Below, one piece after another: positions 63,182 to 64,000 of a stretch of 64,000 bases of DNA. The stretch is from assembly GCA_036012755.1 (NCBI GenBank), contig DASCPX010000043.1, positions 32,001 through 96,000 on the forward strand, in the 5' to 3' direction. Source of the stretch: Myxococcota bacterium (lineage in GTDB: Bacteria > Myxococcota_A > UBA796 > CAJQPC01). The position numbers were made by a program, and so were the translations under genes. The notes beneath the pieces are model-generated. The model saw only the letters and a list, made by a program, of their open reading frames with translations. It did not search any database and was not told the origin of the DNA. Positions within the stretch are counted from its first letter, which is position 1, and each line of letters starts with the position of its first letter.

Positions 63182-63900
63182 TCCGAGACGCGCTCTACGC
63201 CGACGCCGCCTACGGCGAGGTCCCCGTCGAGGACAAGGAGCGCCTCCTGGCAGAGGTCAAGGGGGACGTGCGCTACCACGAAGCCCTCTACGGCTGCTAC
63301 GAGTGCGGGATCTGCGTCGCCGCCTGCCCCTCTGCCCGTTTCTACGACTTCAGCCCCCGCACCTTCGCCCAGGTCCTGGCCCGCGAGGACGTCCACACCT
63401 TCTACGAGCTGCTCAACGACTCCGTCTGGGACTGCTCCCAGTGCTACTCGTGCACGCGCTGCCCTCGCAACAACAGCCCCGCGGGGCTGATCCTGATGAT
63501 GCGCGAGGTGGCCGTGAACAACGGACTGCAGAGCGCAAAGGACGCCCTCCGCGCCTACAGCCGGGTGATCTACAAGGTGATGTCCACGGGCACGCAGGTG
63601 GCCCCCGACATGCTCCAGCCGGACTTCTTCCCGGACTGGGGACCTGACGTCACGGCGGTCTCGGAGAACCTGGAGGTGTGGCGACGCGCCATCCCGACGG
63701 AGACCCTCCACACCCTGGAGCTGGCCTGGGACATCAGCGAAGAGACCCGGGTCGAGCTCTACCTGATCTGGAAGCTCACGGGGAACCTGGACATCATCGA
63801 GAACATCGACGAAAACAGCTTCCTCATCCTGGAAGAGGTGATGGAGGAGCTGCTCGACGAGCACGGCTACGACATCGACGACATCGACTGCGTGATCTGA
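63178..63900 (+). CDS. hdrC: heterodisulfide reductase-like subunit C (sHdrC1-type, 2x4Fe-4S)
   Basis: CYECGICVAACP...YDFSPR and WDCSQCYSCTRCP.NNSPAGL...MREVA; 'PDFFPDWGP'. Confidence 0.85.
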   Translation: MIRDALYADAAYGEVPVEDKERLLAEVKGDVRYHEALYGCYECGICVAACPSARFYDFSPRTFAQVLAREDVHTFYELLNDSVWDCSQCYSCTRCPRNNSPAGLILMMREVAVNNGLQSAKDALRAYSRVIYKVMSTGTQVAPDMLQPDFFPDWGPDVTAVSENLEVWRRAIPTETLHTLELAWDISEETRVELYLIWKLTGNLDIIENIDENSFLILEEVMEELLDEHGYDIDDIDCVI

Positions 63901-63910
63901 GGGGCCGACG

Positions 63911-64000
63911 GTGATTGACGACAACAACAGCGGCAGACCACCCGCCGCCCGGGACCGCATCTTCGATCGCAAGGGGATGATCCCGGAGAGACACCACACC
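63911..64000 (+). CDS. 5' end of the next gene, truncated by the window edge (possibly sHdrB1 by synteny)
   Basis: GTG after GAGGGG, frame open to the window end. Identity is inferred only from position. Confidence 0.45.
   Translation, partial: MIDDNNSGRPPAARDRIFDRKGMIPERHHT

Noticed and set aside
1..64000. CRISPR array, tRNA, rRNA or riboswitch
   Set aside because: All tandem repeats seen are in-frame coding repeats without unique spacers. Intergenic gaps are tiny and no RNA gene was recognised by eye; a covariance-model scan was not possible.

Overview
High-GC, gene-dense bacterial chromosome segment. A Myxococcota-related lineage is inferred from MYXO-CTERM-like C-termini, FHA/TPR proteins, MopE-like repeat lipoproteins, DUF2330 and a GGVxGG-type TonB. 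No rRNA, tRNA or CRISPR array was recognised. Contents in order: a PKD protein and a small accessory patch with a decayed IS3 end; a minus-strand tadC-DUF192-FHA-FHA-FHA/TPR-HEAT operon resembling Tad/Kil predation clusters; aroE, ribF, an orphan ABC binding protein and a REC-EAL protein; a giant surface protein; serA/serC, MscS and DUF1015; a 1049-aa FHA-like protein; a C26 amidotransferase, prolyl oligopeptidase and Tat-exported agmatine deiminase followed by an apparent SecY-like/SecD-P1 fusion; a TetR-MFP-RND efflux operon whose RND permease is fused in frame to a TolC-like protein through an internal signal peptide; a MazEF-type TA pair; tandem TonB genes with exbB-exbD-exbD; ispA-tlyA; and, at the right edge, the start of a dsrE-lbpA-sHdrC1(-B1) sulfur-oxidation-type cluster. 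Two window-wide patterns stand out: many genes look leaderless (TANNNT 5-8 nt before the start codon), and many exported proteins have ultra-short signal peptides without a charged n-region. All family calls come from motif recognition by eye; no database searches were run.
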